A DNA stretch of 42,702 bases from an uncultured Candidatus Saccharibacteria bacterium (GTDB taxonomy: Bacteria > Patescibacteriota > Minisyncoccia > Phycocordibacterales > UBA5272). Position numbers and translations under genes: made by a program. Below the pieces are notes generated by a model that was given only the letters and a program-made list of their open reading frames with translations, was not told where the DNA came from and searched no databases. Numbering within the stretch: the first letter of the stretch is position 1; each line of letters starts with the position of its first letter. The stretch spans positions 1-42,702 of the forward strand of contig CAYYCT010000003.1 of the NCBI GenBank assembly GCA_964470485.1. The letters run 5' to 3'. This document shows positions 27,037 through 36,708 of this stretch, piece by piece.

Positions 27037-27126
27037 GGTTCTAGTGTACCAAAAATAAATTTCTCTTGCCCTCCATCCAATACTTAATACCTACAACCTA
27101 GTACCTATCCTTGATATACTTACTAC

Positions 27127-28398
27127 ATGTCAAAAATATCTATTTGGAAGCGTATTTCAAAATCTATTGGCCCTGGGGTCGTCACGGGAGTAGCTGATGA
27201 TGATCCATCTGGTATTGCAACTTATGCCCAAACTGGGGCTATTTTTGGGCTTTCACAGCTATGGCTAACCCTGTACTCTCTTCCTCTTATGATAGCCGTA
27301 CAAGAGATGTGTGCCCGTATCGGTATGACTACTGGAAAGGGAATTGCGGGAGTACTTAAATCTCATTACGGAAGACTTGTCCTTATCATCGCGGTGAGTC
27401 TTCTTTCGATTGCTAACATTGTTAACATTGGGGCTGACTTAGGCGCAATGGGAGAGGTAACAAGCCTCATATCTCCCTTACCTTTTGGTATTTCTCTTAT
27501 ACTCATCACGATATTTACTCTAGCGTGTGCAATATTTGTGCCGTATAAAACGTATGCCAAACTTTTAAAGTATTTTGCGGCTACAGTGCTCTCGTATATT
27601 GTCGCAGCATTTTTTGTAAATCAAGATTGGAGTGCTATTGCTTTCTCCTTGTTCATTCCTACTGTAGAGTGGAACAAGGACTTTCTTCTCAATATTACAG
27701 CATTTCTTGGAACCACCATTTCCCCTTATCTATTCTTCTGGCAGGCTGATGAAGAGGTAGAAGAAGAAATTGAAAAGAAAAAAATCCTCGCCTTCGGAAA
27801 AGGGACACCTAAGATAACTACTGGTGATATCCATCAAATGCGCGCAGACACAGTTGCAGGAATGTTCCTTTCCAATCTGGTAGCCTTCTTTATTATAATT
27901 ACCGCTTCAAGCACTCTTGCTGCCGATGGTGGTAATACTATTACCTCAGCTTCTGAACTTGCGCTTGCTCTACGCCCTCTCGCAGGTGATTTTGCAGTAT
28001 ACTTATTAGCTTTTGGTGTTTTAGGAACAGGATTACTTGCTATACCTGTTCTTGCTGGATCAATTGCGTATGCTGTTGCTGAAACATTTAACTTACCAAT
28101 TGGACTCAATAAGAAATTTAAACAAGCTATTGGATTCTATGGGGTACTTTCTATCGCGGTACTTGTAGGTGTAATTCTTAATTTTATAAACATTGATCCA
28201 ATAGTCATGCTTTACTATGCTGCGGCAGTTAATGGTATTCTTGCTGCCCCACTTTTAATAATCATTCTCTTTGTTGCCAATAATAAGAAAATATTAGGAG
28301 ACAACATAAATGGAAGGTTAAGTAACACACTTGTTATTATCGCGACTACTGCCATGGCAATAATTTCACTCTTTACCATCGAATCGTTCTTTAGGTAG
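27127..28398 (+). CDS. mntH: NRAMP-family divalent metal transporter
   Basis: GPGVVTGVADDDPSGIATYAQTGA signature and about 11 hydrophobic helices. 423 aa. Confidence 0.75.
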   Translation: MSKISIWKRISKSIGPGVVTGVADDDPSGIATYAQTGAIFGLSQLWLTLYSLPLMIAVQEMCARIGMTTGKGIAGVLKSHYGRLVLIIAVSLLSIANIVNIGADLGAMGEVTSLISPLPFGISLILITIFTLACAIFVPYKTYAKLLKYFAATVLSYIVAAFFVNQDWSAIAFSLFIPTVEWNKDFLLNITAFLGTTISPYLFFWQADEEVEEEIEKKKILAFGKGTPKITTGDIHQMRADTVAGMFLSNLVAFFIIITASSTLAADGGNTITSASELALALRPLAGDFAVYLLAFGVLGTGLLAIPVLAGSIAYAVAETFNLPIGLNKKFKQAIGFYGVLSIAVLVGVILNFINIDPIVMLYYAAAVNGILAAPLLIIILFVANNKKILGDNINGRLSNTLVIIATTAMAIISLFTIESFFR

Positions 28399-28461
28399 CC
28401 AGCCTATTTGTCCACTCTGTATAATCCATGTTCTATATCACATATGATATAATGGATATAT

Positions 28462-29976
28462 ATGGAACCTAATGATCAAGAAAAAATAGGTCTTTTTATA
28501 AAAAAATTGCGTGAGGAGCGTGGGATGACACAGGGCGATTTTGCAAAAAAACTAAAAACGTCTCAGTCGGCCGTAGCCAGAATAGAGTCTGGAAATCAAA
28601 ATGTCACAATAGAACAACTCATGAAAATGGGGGAAGTTCTTAAGCATAATATCGTTAGCATCCAAGATACAATAGATTTCAAGGTTGAAGGTGGTAGAAA
28701 ATTACGAGGAAGTATATCCACTAATACATCAAAAAATGGAGCTATTAATATGATGGTTGCTTCCTTGGTTAACTCTGGTACAACCATTTTGCGCGATATT
28801 CCTCATATTGAAGAAGTTAATCGCTATAAAGAGCTTTTAGAGAGTCTCGGTGTAAAAATTCGTTGGATATATAACGATACAGCTCTTGAAATTACCCCAC
28901 CAAAAAAACTATCTTTTTCAAAAATAAACAGAGACGTAGCCGAGAAAATCCGTTCGTTTACATTTGCTGGAGCATTTATTCATTTTAGTGAAAAATTTAA
29001 TCTCCCTCATTCTGGTGGCTGTAAAATGGGCGAACGAACTGTTGCTTCTCATAAATTTGCACTTGATTACCTTGGTGTTTTAGTTGAAACAAAAGAAAAT
29101 CATTATGTTGTCTCGCACAAAAAACTACGCCCAAATACTATCCCCCTTTATGAATCGTCTGATACCGGTGCAATAACAGCCATCATCGCTGCTGCTCGCA
29201 TTCCAGGAAAAACAACAATTATGTTTGCTCCTCCAAATTATCAGGTGCAGGATGTCTGTTTTTTACTTGAACAATTTGGGGTAACAATAGAAGGCATTGG
29301 GACAACGACACTCGTCATCCATGGCAAAGAAACCATCAATGTGCATGTTGAACATTATAATAGCGAAGACCCTATCGAAAGTATGTTTTTCATTGCTGCC
29401 GGGATTGTTACAAAGTCAAAATTAACAATAAGACGATGTCCTAGTATGTTTATCACTCTTGAACTTGAAAAACTGAAACGTATGGGGCTTATCTACTCAC
29501 TTTCAAAACAGTATCTTGCTAAGAACAATAAAACAGCGCTTGTTGATGTCACCATTTCCCCGTCATCTCTTACTGCTCCACTAGATAAAATACACACTCA
29601 ACCTTTCCCTGGAATCAACAATGATAACCTACCTTTTTTTGTCCCCATTGCTTGTGTTGCGTCTGGTCAAACACTTATTCATGATTGGACCTGGGAGAAT
29701 CGAGCTATTTATTTTACTGAACTTAATCGTCTCGGAGCAGATATTAAACTCCTCGATCCTCACCGAGCTCTTGTTACTGGAATAAAAAAATTACGCGGCG
29801 CTCAGATTGTTTCCCCTCCAGCGCTTAGACCTACGGCTATTATTTTAATCGCAATGCTTGCAGCAGAAGGAACTTCAATGCTTCGTAATGTCTACTCTAT
29901 AAAACGTGGTTATGCTGATATTGCTGAGCGTCTTAATAGTATTGGAGCAAAAATTACCGTACTGCGAGGGGTATAA
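28462..29976 (+). CDS. murA: XRE-type HTH domain fused to UDP-N-acetylglucosamine 1-carboxyvinyltransferase (MurA-like)
   Basis: Residues 1-65 are IGLFIKKLREERGMTQGDFAKKLKTSQSAVARIESGNQNVTIEQL (HTH_3-like). The rest is MurA-like: GGRKLRGSISTNTSKNGA, the active-site loop LPHSGGCKMGERTV (equivalent to Cys115), PFPGINNDNLPFF, and ALRPTAIILIAML. Confidence 0.75.
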   Translation: MEPNDQEKIGLFIKKLREERGMTQGDFAKKLKTSQSAVARIESGNQNVTIEQLMKMGEVLKHNIVSIQDTIDFKVEGGRKLRGSISTNTSKNGAINMMVASLVNSGTTILRDIPHIEEVNRYKELLESLGVKIRWIYNDTALEITPPKKLSFSKINRDVAEKIRSFTFAGAFIHFSEKFNLPHSGGCKMGERTVASHKFALDYLGVLVETKENHYVVSHKKLRPNTIPLYESSDTGAITAIIAAARIPGKTTIMFAPPNYQVQDVCFLLEQFGVTIEGIGTTTLVIHGKETINVHVEHYNSEDPIESMFFIAAGIVTKSKLTIRRCPSMFITLELEKLKRMGLIYSLSKQYLAKNNKTALVDVTISPSSLTAPLDKIHTQPFPGINNDNLPFFVPIACVASGQTLIHDWTWENRAIYFTELNRLGADIKLLDPHRALVTGIKKLRGAQIVSPPALRPTAIILIAMLAAEGTSMLRNVYSIKRGYADIAERLNSIGAKITVLRGV

Positions 29977-30007
29977 GACAGTCTTCAGCTTTTAGCAATT
30001 CATACAA

Positions 30008-30042
30008 TACAAATAGCGACACCGTAGGCGTCGCTATTTGTA
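30008..30042. terminator. hairpin terminator between convergent murA-like and histidine kinase genes
   Basis: TACAAATAGCGAC-ACCGTAGGC-GTCGCTATTTGTA. Confidence 0.55.
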
Positions 30043-30087
30043 TGTGAATTTTGTTTGCTACATGCTACAAGCTACAAGCTTTACATT

Positions 30088-30891
30088 TTAGTCTAGTGTT
30101 GTTGTTCCTTCTTTCTTTTTCATTCCTTCTGTTGGGAAAATGACATAAAATGTAGTCCCAACATTAACGACAGACGTGAACCAAATTTGCCCACCGACAT
30201 AGTCAATAATAGTTTTTACAACATACAGACCAAGGCCGGAATCAGATCCTTCCGAATCTTTTACATTACTCGCTCGGAAAAGCTTAGAAAATATCTTGCC
30301 CTTGTCTTCATCTGGAATACCGATCCCAGAATCAGCGATCGAAACTAAAATACTTTCTTTACTTATCATTACCTCACCGACTTTTTCATTCGATGGAACT
30401 AGAGCTGTTGTAACAGTAACACTGCTTCCTTGTTTAGAAAAAGCAATAGCATTAGATAAAAGAGTCTTTATTACCATGAGACATAAGTGTCTGTCGGCTT
30501 GTATTTTTTTATCAACCCCTTTTTCTTCTTTGATAGTAACCTCTTTTCGGGCTGCATCTTTTTTGAAGAAGTTGATTGCTTCATCAACCGCCTCAAGAAC
30601 AGACATCTCTACAGGTGAAACACTAAACGTACCTAGGTTTAACCTAGATACGTTTAGTAATGACCTAACGAGGTCTATTGCCCGCTGATTACTTGATTCT
30701 ATAATAGTAAGATACTTGCGTTGATCTTCTGTAAGAGGCCCTGCATCACCATCAAGAAGTATTTCTGTATACCACTTGATTATTGAAAGAGGTGATCGCA
30801 GTTGATGAGAAGAAAGAGATACAAAATCATCTCCTTCTTTCTTTTCATTTTGAAGAACTTGCTTTTCTTTCCTTGAGAACCATGTAATCAT
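30088..30891 (-). CDS. cytoplasmic histidine kinase without a sensor domain (267 aa)
   Basis: H-box SLSSHQLRSPLSII about 25 aa from the N-terminus. N/G boxes in the C-terminal half (LLSNAIAFS; DSGIGIP; GSDSGLGLYVVK). No TM helix. Confidence 0.8.
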   Translation of the reverse strand: MITWFSRKEKQVLQNEKKEGDDFVSLSSHQLRSPLSIIKWYTEILLDGDAGPLTEDQRKYLTIIESSNQRAIDLVRSLLNVSRLNLGTFSVSPVEMSVLEAVDEAINFFKKDAARKEVTIKEEKGVDKKIQADRHLCLMVIKTLLSNAIAFSKQGSSVTVTTALVPSNEKVGEVMISKESILVSIADSGIGIPDEDKGKIFSKLFRASNVKDSEGSDSGLGLYVVKTIIDYVGGQIWFTSVVNVGTTFYVIFPTEGMKKKEGTTTLD

Positions 30892-30899
30892 CTTTTAAT

Positions 30900-31355
30900 C
30901 TATCGTGTTACAGAGATAGTTGCTCCACTTTCTGGGAACTGAGCAGCAACGGTAACACGTCCAGTTGCGTTTCGATAAATTGTGTATCCCGCACCATTAG
31001 GGTTAGTCTTCTGTGGTTCATCAGGGATAGCTGTAAGATACTTTCCGTTGATTGTAAGCACAGAAAGATCTACAAGACCAGTACATGATGATGTTGCAAC
31101 CGCTGAAGAACAAATTTCTGTTGTTGTTGTTGAAATTCCTGTTGGAAGGATTCCATTATTATCAACAGCGTATTGTGTTACAGCGTTAAGAATAGTATTA
31201 ACAGCTGAGTTTCTAGAAGCGTTACGAGTATCTCCTAGCTGTTTAGCTGGGTTAATAGCAACAATAACGATACCTGCAAGAATAGCGATAGCTGCAACCA
31301 CAAGGAGGATTTCAATAAGTGTAAATCCTTTTTGATTGCGTAAAAATTTTTTCAT
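30900..31355 (-). CDS. type IV major pilin candidate (151 aa)
   Basis: Prepilin leader and cleavage motif MKKFLRNQKG/FTLIEILLVVAAIAILAGIV with Glu at +5. A Cys pair is present in the C-terminal part. A separate 145-nt upstream region suggests its own promoter. Confidence 0.8.
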   Translation of the reverse strand: MKKFLRNQKGFTLIEILLVVAAIAILAGIVIVAINPAKQLGDTRNASRNSAVNTILNAVTQYAVDNNGILPTGISTTTTEICSSAVATSSCTGLVDLSVLTINGKYLTAIPDEPQKTNPNGAGYTIYRNATGRVTVAAQFPESGATISVTR

Positions 31356-31500
31356 AAATATGAAGAATACAGTTTAGATTATGTATTCGAAACGAAATTA
31401 AACTATTAAAGTAAAACGTTGTTAGGCTTGAGTCCACTACAACTAGGTTGAGCAGATACTCTACCAACCTACCTTTTCAGTATATCAGACAATATACACT

Positions 31501-31929
31501 TTAAAAGTCCGCAACTTCCTCCCATGAGGATAACGTAATCGATGGGGAAGTGCTGGAAACAACCACTTTTATCTTAGAAGTAACTCCGCCAAGAAACCCA
31601 CTTGCGTTAATGGTTATTATGCTGCTTGATGAAACAATGAGATAACTACAGGTCCCCGAGGCAATAGTAAGGTTCCCAATACTTGACGTTGTGGCTGTTT
31701 CTAAAATTTTTTGTAAGGCTTCTTCTGCGCAAGAAACTGCCATACTTCTCGCAGCCCCAGATTGCTGTAAAGAAAAGTCTGTTTTTGATGCATTAATTCC
31801 AGAAGATATGACTGCAACCATAATAGCCACCCCAATAGCTGAAATAAGAATAACTGAAATAAGAGCAATGTACCCTTTATTTATTTCTTTAGAAATTAAT
31901 AGTGTTGTACTTGTAAGTATTTTTTTCAT
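31501..31929 (-). CDS. pilus-associated protein, PilX-N-like (142 aa)
   Basis: N-terminal hydrophobic helix NKGYIALISVILISAIGVAIMVAV with no Glu at +5. Lies within the pilin gene run. Confidence 0.55.
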   Translation of the reverse strand: MKKILTSTTLLISKEINKGYIALISVILISAIGVAIMVAVISSGINASKTDFSLQQSGAARSMAVSCAEEALQKILETATTSSIGNLTIASGTCSYLIVSSSSIITINASGFLGGVTSKIKVVVSSTSPSITLSSWEEVADF

Positions 31930-31937
31930 ACAATCCT

Positions 31938-32453
31938 TTATCGTAGTGTAGCACTCCCACTAAATGTCTTAGTGAAAGAATACTCACCTCTTCCTTCTGG
32001 ATTAACGGCATCAATAGTAAAAGAAACTCTCAAAACCTTGTCTGTTGAGCTTGTTGATGAAATATTTTGAAATGTAAGGGATGAAATTCTTATTCGTGAA
32101 TTAGTAAGTGCGACTGGAGCTTTTCCTCCTTCTTGAATAAAAAATGTACTACTACTCACACTAAAGATTGTTGGGTTAAGAATAGGGCTTGCTGTGGTAA
32201 GCGATAGTGTTTGAGAGGTTGCCCCGGGCGCTGGTGTTTGTATACTTCTTCCATTACGAACAGTTTGAGTGATCAAATGCATAACCTGAAAACCTTGTTG
32301 ATTAACTTCAGTAATTACTTGACTTCTGACTCGCGAGCCAAGAAGAGATGAGAGCATCATAGAAATAATAAGCAGAATGATAGAACATAGTGATACATAA
32401 AGCACCATCTCTACCAGAGTAAAACCTTTTATTGTGTGACGAAAAGGAGTCAT
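31938..32453 (-). CDS. prepilin-type minor pilin (171 aa)
   Basis: MTPFRHTIKG/FTLVEMVLYVSL class III signal with Glu at +5. Confidence 0.7.
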   Translation of the reverse strand: MTPFRHTIKGFTLVEMVLYVSLCSIILLIISMMLSSLLGSRVRSQVITEVNQQGFQVMHLITQTVRNGRSIQTPAPGATSQTLSLTTASPILNPTIFSVSSSTFFIQEGGKAPVALTNSRIRISSLTFQNISSTSSTDKVLRVSFTIDAVNPEGRGEYSFTKTFSGSATLR

Positions 32454-32462
32454 AACAAGTTT

Positions 32463-34778
32463 TTACTGTTGCCAAAACGCAAAGGAGAACGGAGAAGAAA
32501 TAATCTGCGGAAGTGTTGTCTGTAGTGGCGTGCCTCCATCAGAATTTGTCCACGTAAATGTAGATGTCCCCGTAAGCATAAGGCGTTTCGCAAAAAGATC
32601 GCTATTATTATCTGAGGTAACATACATAAGCTGGGCTGGATCACGTGGATTCATGTGAATATCCATATACCCACGAGGAAAAGCTATCGGGTTCGATGGC
32701 GTAAAATCAGTTTGCCGAGTAAATGTCCCCCCATTTCCGGTATACCAATTAATGTCAGTTGAATTGAGATCTGAATATACTACAATCGATCGTGTTGTGC
32801 TTCCAAGAGTAAGCCATCCTGTAGAAACGAGTTTTGAGGCAGTATACGGTACCGTGCATGAGGTGTCAACATTGGCAGTATTTGTCCAGGCTGTACCGTT
32901 CCAATACCCAAGCTGAAGATCTCCTCCAGAATTTCCAATGGAAGCAAATACAATTTCATCAGTCAGGAGATTTGGTGACATATCAAGACTTGTGGCATCA
33001 TCAGCAAATGTTGGCGGGGTTGTAACTGCCCCCCAGGTGCACATTGCAATTCCACCAGTACAAGTACGATACCTGGCCCCATTTGTCCCATTACTACCAT
33101 TTGCATTCCCCCATACAAGCATGACATCTCCTGACAAGGACTCATAATCTATGTCCATATTTTCGATATCGTGTGATGAAGAAACTTTTTCAAGATTATT
33201 ATCTGTTACAGCACTTGGCTCATTCACCCAGGCACCTCCATCCCATATCTTGGCAGAAATATCTTCGCTTATATCGACCCACGTCGCTGCAATGAGATTT
33301 GAACCAGCGCGCCTATCTTGAGCAAGTTTTACATACATGATATCGTTTGAAGTTCTAAGTGGGGTAAGAATTTGCTCAGCTGCCCACCCAGCTCCACAGC
33401 CGGTCCCGCCGGACTTTGTTCTCCAACCAAGCTTGCCCCATCGTGATGCATCACCGCGTGATCCTCCTTTACTAAAGAGTACGATTGCGTCCCCTGATGT
33501 TTTTTCAAAAGCAATATCAAAACGATGTCTATTCCCAACCCCACCTGAGACTCCTTGCCATTCCTGTGTCCAAACGGTGCCATTAAAACACATAATGGTG
33601 AGTGTTCCTGTCACATCATAATACCCCGCAAGTGCAATATGTTGTGTCGGCGATGTACGAATAAGCCATGTTGGACCGACCGTTGCAGTAAACGTACCTG
33701 TTTGTGCACTAAAAACATTAGCTACATGATCAAATGTACGAAATTTGGGGACATTAGTTCCATCTCCATAAATAATAACTCCAGCCAGCGAAGGACTTCC
33801 CCCTCCAGTAACCTCCTCTTCATTAGTAAGAGAACATGTTTTATTATCCCCTGGATTTAAGGTAATGGATCCATCAGTAAAACAATCGCCACTAAAAGTA
33901 AGATTATAGTTTGGGTCTATCGTCTCAGTAATTGTGTATGCCCCAGAATTAATTGGTGTTGTCGCACCAAGTGTTACTGTTGTTGAACCAATCTTATATG
34001 GAGCAAATGATGCTGTAGTCTTTGAACCACCGTGATTTATTACTGTTTTATTAAGAGTAATGTATGCGAGTTTTTCTTCATTGGTAATAGTACAGAGCTT
34101 TGCTGTCCCTGTTGCAAGAACTGTGATCTGCCCACTAGAATTACAATCTCCAGTAAACGTTTGTGTATATTCTGAATTAGTTGTTTCAGAGACGGTATAT
34201 GTCCCTGGATTAAAAACTGTCGAACTTGCAAGTGTTACTGTAGTTGTTCCAACTTTAAATGGCGCAAAATCAGATGCCACTTTCGATCGACCATGATTAA
34301 TTACTATTTTGTTAACAGTTATTCCGACTCCAAGATTAAGAATTGTCTTCCAGTTAGTAAGTAGTGCGGAGGTGGTAACACTTCCTGTGCGATCTGGAGT
34401 CTGTTGCCACGTTACCGTAACTGTCGAAATTTTTCTATTTGCCCCAGCGCTACTTACTGTAACGCGACGAGTAAAAGCCCCAGAAACATCTGATGCCCCA
34501 GAAAAACTCCATGCGCCACCGCTGTACGTAAGCCCATATGTGCCATCAACGAGATTGGCAAAGTTTGCGTTTCGTATACTCCTTACCGCCTCTTGTCCTT
34601 CTTCTGCTAACATAATTGCTCTTCCTCTGTCTCCTGCAAATGAAGATGACTGTAGACCATAATAAAAGACTCCAGCAAAAGCAGTTACAAACAAAGCAAA
34701 AATAGAACTCGTGAGAATAATCTCAACAAGCAAGAAACCTTTTTTGTTGTATTTAGTAATCAACCATCCCTTTTTCAT
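32463..34778 (-). CDS. giant prepilin-type protein (771 aa), candidate pilus tip adhesin
   Basis: MKKGWLITKYNKKG/FLLVEIILTSSIFALFV with Glu at +5, followed by a GspH-like pilin core. Two tandem ~85-aa repeats follow (VINHG.SK...F AP.K.G.TTVTL....G.YT..ET....Y...F.GDC...G.I......K.C...NEE), then a ~440-aa Trp/Gly-rich C-terminal domain. Start taken at Met21 of the tracked ORF, which overlaps the upstream gene by 26 nt. Confidence 0.7.
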   Translation of the reverse strand: MKKGWLITKYNKKGFLLVEIILTSSIFALFVTAFAGVFYYGLQSSSFAGDRGRAIMLAEEGQEAVRSIRNANFANLVDGTYGLTYSGGAWSFSGASDVSGAFTRRVTVSSAGANRKISTVTVTWQQTPDRTGSVTTSALLTNWKTILNLGVGITVNKIVINHGRSKVASDFAPFKVGTTTVTLASSTVFNPGTYTVSETTNSEYTQTFTGDCNSSGQITVLATGTAKLCTITNEEKLAYITLNKTVINHGGSKTTASFAPYKIGSTTVTLGATTPINSGAYTITETIDPNYNLTFSGDCFTDGSITLNPGDNKTCSLTNEEEVTGGGSPSLAGVIIYGDGTNVPKFRTFDHVANVFSAQTGTFTATVGPTWLIRTSPTQHIALAGYYDVTGTLTIMCFNGTVWTQEWQGVSGGVGNRHRFDIAFEKTSGDAIVLFSKGGSRGDASRWGKLGWRTKSGGTGCGAGWAAEQILTPLRTSNDIMYVKLAQDRRAGSNLIAATWVDISEDISAKIWDGGAWVNEPSAVTDNNLEKVSSSHDIENMDIDYESLSGDVMLVWGNANGSNGTNGARYRTCTGGIAMCTWGAVTTPPTFADDATSLDMSPNLLTDEIVFASIGNSGGDLQLGYWNGTAWTNTANVDTSCTVPYTASKLVSTGWLTLGSTTRSIVVYSDLNSTDINWYTGNGGTFTRQTDFTPSNPIAFPRGYMDIHMNPRDPAQLMYVTSDNNSDLFAKRLMLTGTSTFTWTNSDGGTPLQTTLPQIISSPFSFAFWQQ

Positions 34779-35205
34779 TGATTGTAACTGTTCTTGTTTC
34801 ATTATTTTGTGAAGTAAGGATAAATGTTCCAGTAGCATTTGGCATACCAGTCATTTTTGAAAACACAACTTCATTAATTCCTGTTGGAATGATCGTTGTC
34901 GGAATAGAAGTATTTTCGTCAAAAGAAGAATCCCTCGAAATATAACTTGCTCCTTTGTAGATTAGTATACTCCCTACCCCCACCCGAACACCCCATGTTG
35001 TATCCCCATCCCCCGATTCAGAGAGAGCTTGTGCTCTTCGCAAATTCTGTGCGATGGTCATGGTAGAAATATCTAAATCATTTCTTACCATAAATGTACG
35101 GTACATTGGAATTGTCATGCCTCCAATAATACTAAGAAGCGTAATCGAAAGAAGAACCTCTGGTAAGGTAAACCCTTTTCTTGTTGAGTATATTCCTGCT
35201 TTCAT
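34753..35205 (-). CDS. prepilin-type minor pilin (150 aa)
   Basis: MKAGIYSTRKG/FTLPEVLLSITLLSIIGG with Glu at +5. Confidence 0.7.
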   Translation of the reverse strand: MKAGIYSTRKGFTLPEVLLSITLLSIIGGMTIPMYRTFMVRNDLDISTMTIAQNLRRAQALSESGDGDTTWGVRVGVGSILIYKGASYISRDSSFDENTSIPTTIIPTGINEVVFSKMTGMPNATGTFILTSQNNETRTVTINEKGMVDY

Positions 35206-35208
35206 GTT

Positions 35209-36708
35209 CTACTTTATATTATTAAGCCCTCCAACAAGACTATAAATAGGTAGAATCACTGCAAAAGCAACAGTTACTACTCCAGCCCAAACAATAACAA
35301 GAAGTATTGGTTCCATAATAATCGTTAAGTTTTTTGTTGTTGTGTCTGATTTTTCTTCAAGCACCTGCCCTACCTTGATAAGTGTTTTATTTAAATTGCC
35401 AGATTGCTCGCCAGAGATAATGAGTTGCTGTATTGGTGGTGGAACAAGCTTATTAATGTCTTTATAGAGAGCAAAACTTTTTTGAAATGAATTTCCCATA
35501 TCAATTGATTCTCGAAGCGCAAGATAAAACTTTTTATAACGAATAACATCAGATGCTCCAGCAAGAGAGTCAATTGCTTTTGTCACAGGAAGCCCAGCAT
35601 CAAGAAGTGTTCCAAGGAGATATCCAAATCGAGCAACTTCTACTTCCATAAGAAGTGTTTTGATCCCTGGTATAGAAAATATAATTGCCTCACCTATAAA
35701 TTTAGTCTTTTTATAAAAAAAGACAATGTAAGCAACCCCCCAGATAACAACAAGGCCTACTGGTACAGCGATAAGTCCATGTTTATTCAAAAATAAACCA
35801 AACGACATAAGAACACGAGTAACAAGTGGAAGGGTCAGTTTAAGATCGGTAAAAATTTTTGCAAGTTTTGGAAGAATAAACCAAGAAATACCTATCCCAA
35901 TAAACCCAGTTAGACCAAGCACAAAAACTGGATACATAAGGGCTGATTTAATTTTTGACTTGAAACCTCTATCTTTTTCCTCTTCAAGAGCAACAACTTT
36001 TAAGTTCTCTGCAAAATTCCCAGACTCTTCTCCAAGACGGATAAGAGAGATGGTGTACCCTTTAAAAAACCCAGTCTTATCGAACGACTTCCATACAGGT
36101 GATCCTGCCTCTATTTCAAGTTGCATTCTCTCAAGAATCTTTTTCATTCCAGGAGATTTGGTTTGTTTTATAATAGAATCAAGTGCGCTAACAATAGACA
36201 TCCCAGAAAGAACAAGCATGCTCAGATTCTCGATGAACTGATCTCGCTCTTTTGAAAGACCAAATGTTGATAGTTTTTTCTGTTCTGCTATTTTTCTTTG
36301 TGGTGCGGGGGTTGCTTTTACTGGTTCTGATATGATAACTTTTTCTTCTGGCGGAGTATTTTTTGTGGCTTGATTTTTATTGTCGTTTTGTTGTTCTTTT
36401 GGTATTTTTGTTTCTTCTATTTTTTTTATTTCCTCGGGCTTTTTTGTTACAACAGCCTCTTTCACTTCTATTGGTTTTTTGTCTTCTTCTTTATCTTTTT
36501 TAAGAGTATCTGTTACAGAAGAAATACTAGAGCCACTGGCGCTTGTACTTGTATCATTTTTATTTCTAGAGAAAATACCAGCAACAAGATTTGTCATGCT
36601 AGTCTTTTTTTTAACAGGGGTTTCTATTATTTCTGAATGAGTAGTTTTTGTTGCTGGTGTGCTGGGTGATTTTATCTTTTTCTTTGTGCTTTTGGTTGGC
36701 ATACTCAT
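35209..36708 (-). CDS. pilC: type IV pilus platform protein PilC (GspF family) with a ~140-aa K/E/T-rich N-terminal extension
   Basis: Two GspF-type repeats (..LSMLVLSGMSIVSALD.. and ..FGYLLGTLLDAGLPVTKAID..) and three TM segments. The ATG overlaps the pilB stop by 1 nt. Confidence 0.8.
   Translation of the reverse strand: MSMPTKSTKKKIKSPSTPATKTTHSEIIETPVKKKTSMTNLVAGIFSRNKNDTSTSASGSSISSVTDTLKKDKEEDKKPIEVKEAVVTKKPEEIKKIEETKIPKEQQNDNKNQATKNTPPEEKVIISEPVKATPAPQRKIAEQKKLSTFGLSKERDQFIENLSMLVLSGMSIVSALDSIIKQTKSPGMKKILERMQLEIEAGSPVWKSFDKTGFFKGYTISLIRLGEESGNFAENLKVVALEEEKDRGFKSKIKSALMYPVFVLGLTGFIGIGISWFILPKLAKIFTDLKLTLPLVTRVLMSFGLFLNKHGLIAVPVGLVVIWGVAYIVFFYKKTKFIGEAIIFSIPGIKTLLMEVEVARFGYLLGTLLDAGLPVTKAIDSLAGASDVIRYKKFYLALRESIDMGNSFQKSFALYKDINKLVPPPIQQLIISGEQSGNLNKTLIKVGQVLEEKSDTTTKNLTIIMEPILLVIVWAGVVTVAFAVILPIYSLVGGLNNIK

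Noticed and set aside
27037-27126. Possible Mn-sensing riboswitch upstream of the NRAMP transporter.
   Set aside because: The intergenic region is only 90 nt, AT-rich, and shows no four-way-junction-like pairing. It is too short once a promoter is accommodated.
31356-31500. tRNA-like fragment (GGTTGGTAGAGTATCTGCTCAACC) upstream of the major pilin gene.
   Set aside because: Only a D-arm-like stem-loop can be drawn. There is no anticodon or T arm and no acceptor pairing. It is more likely part of the pilin leader.
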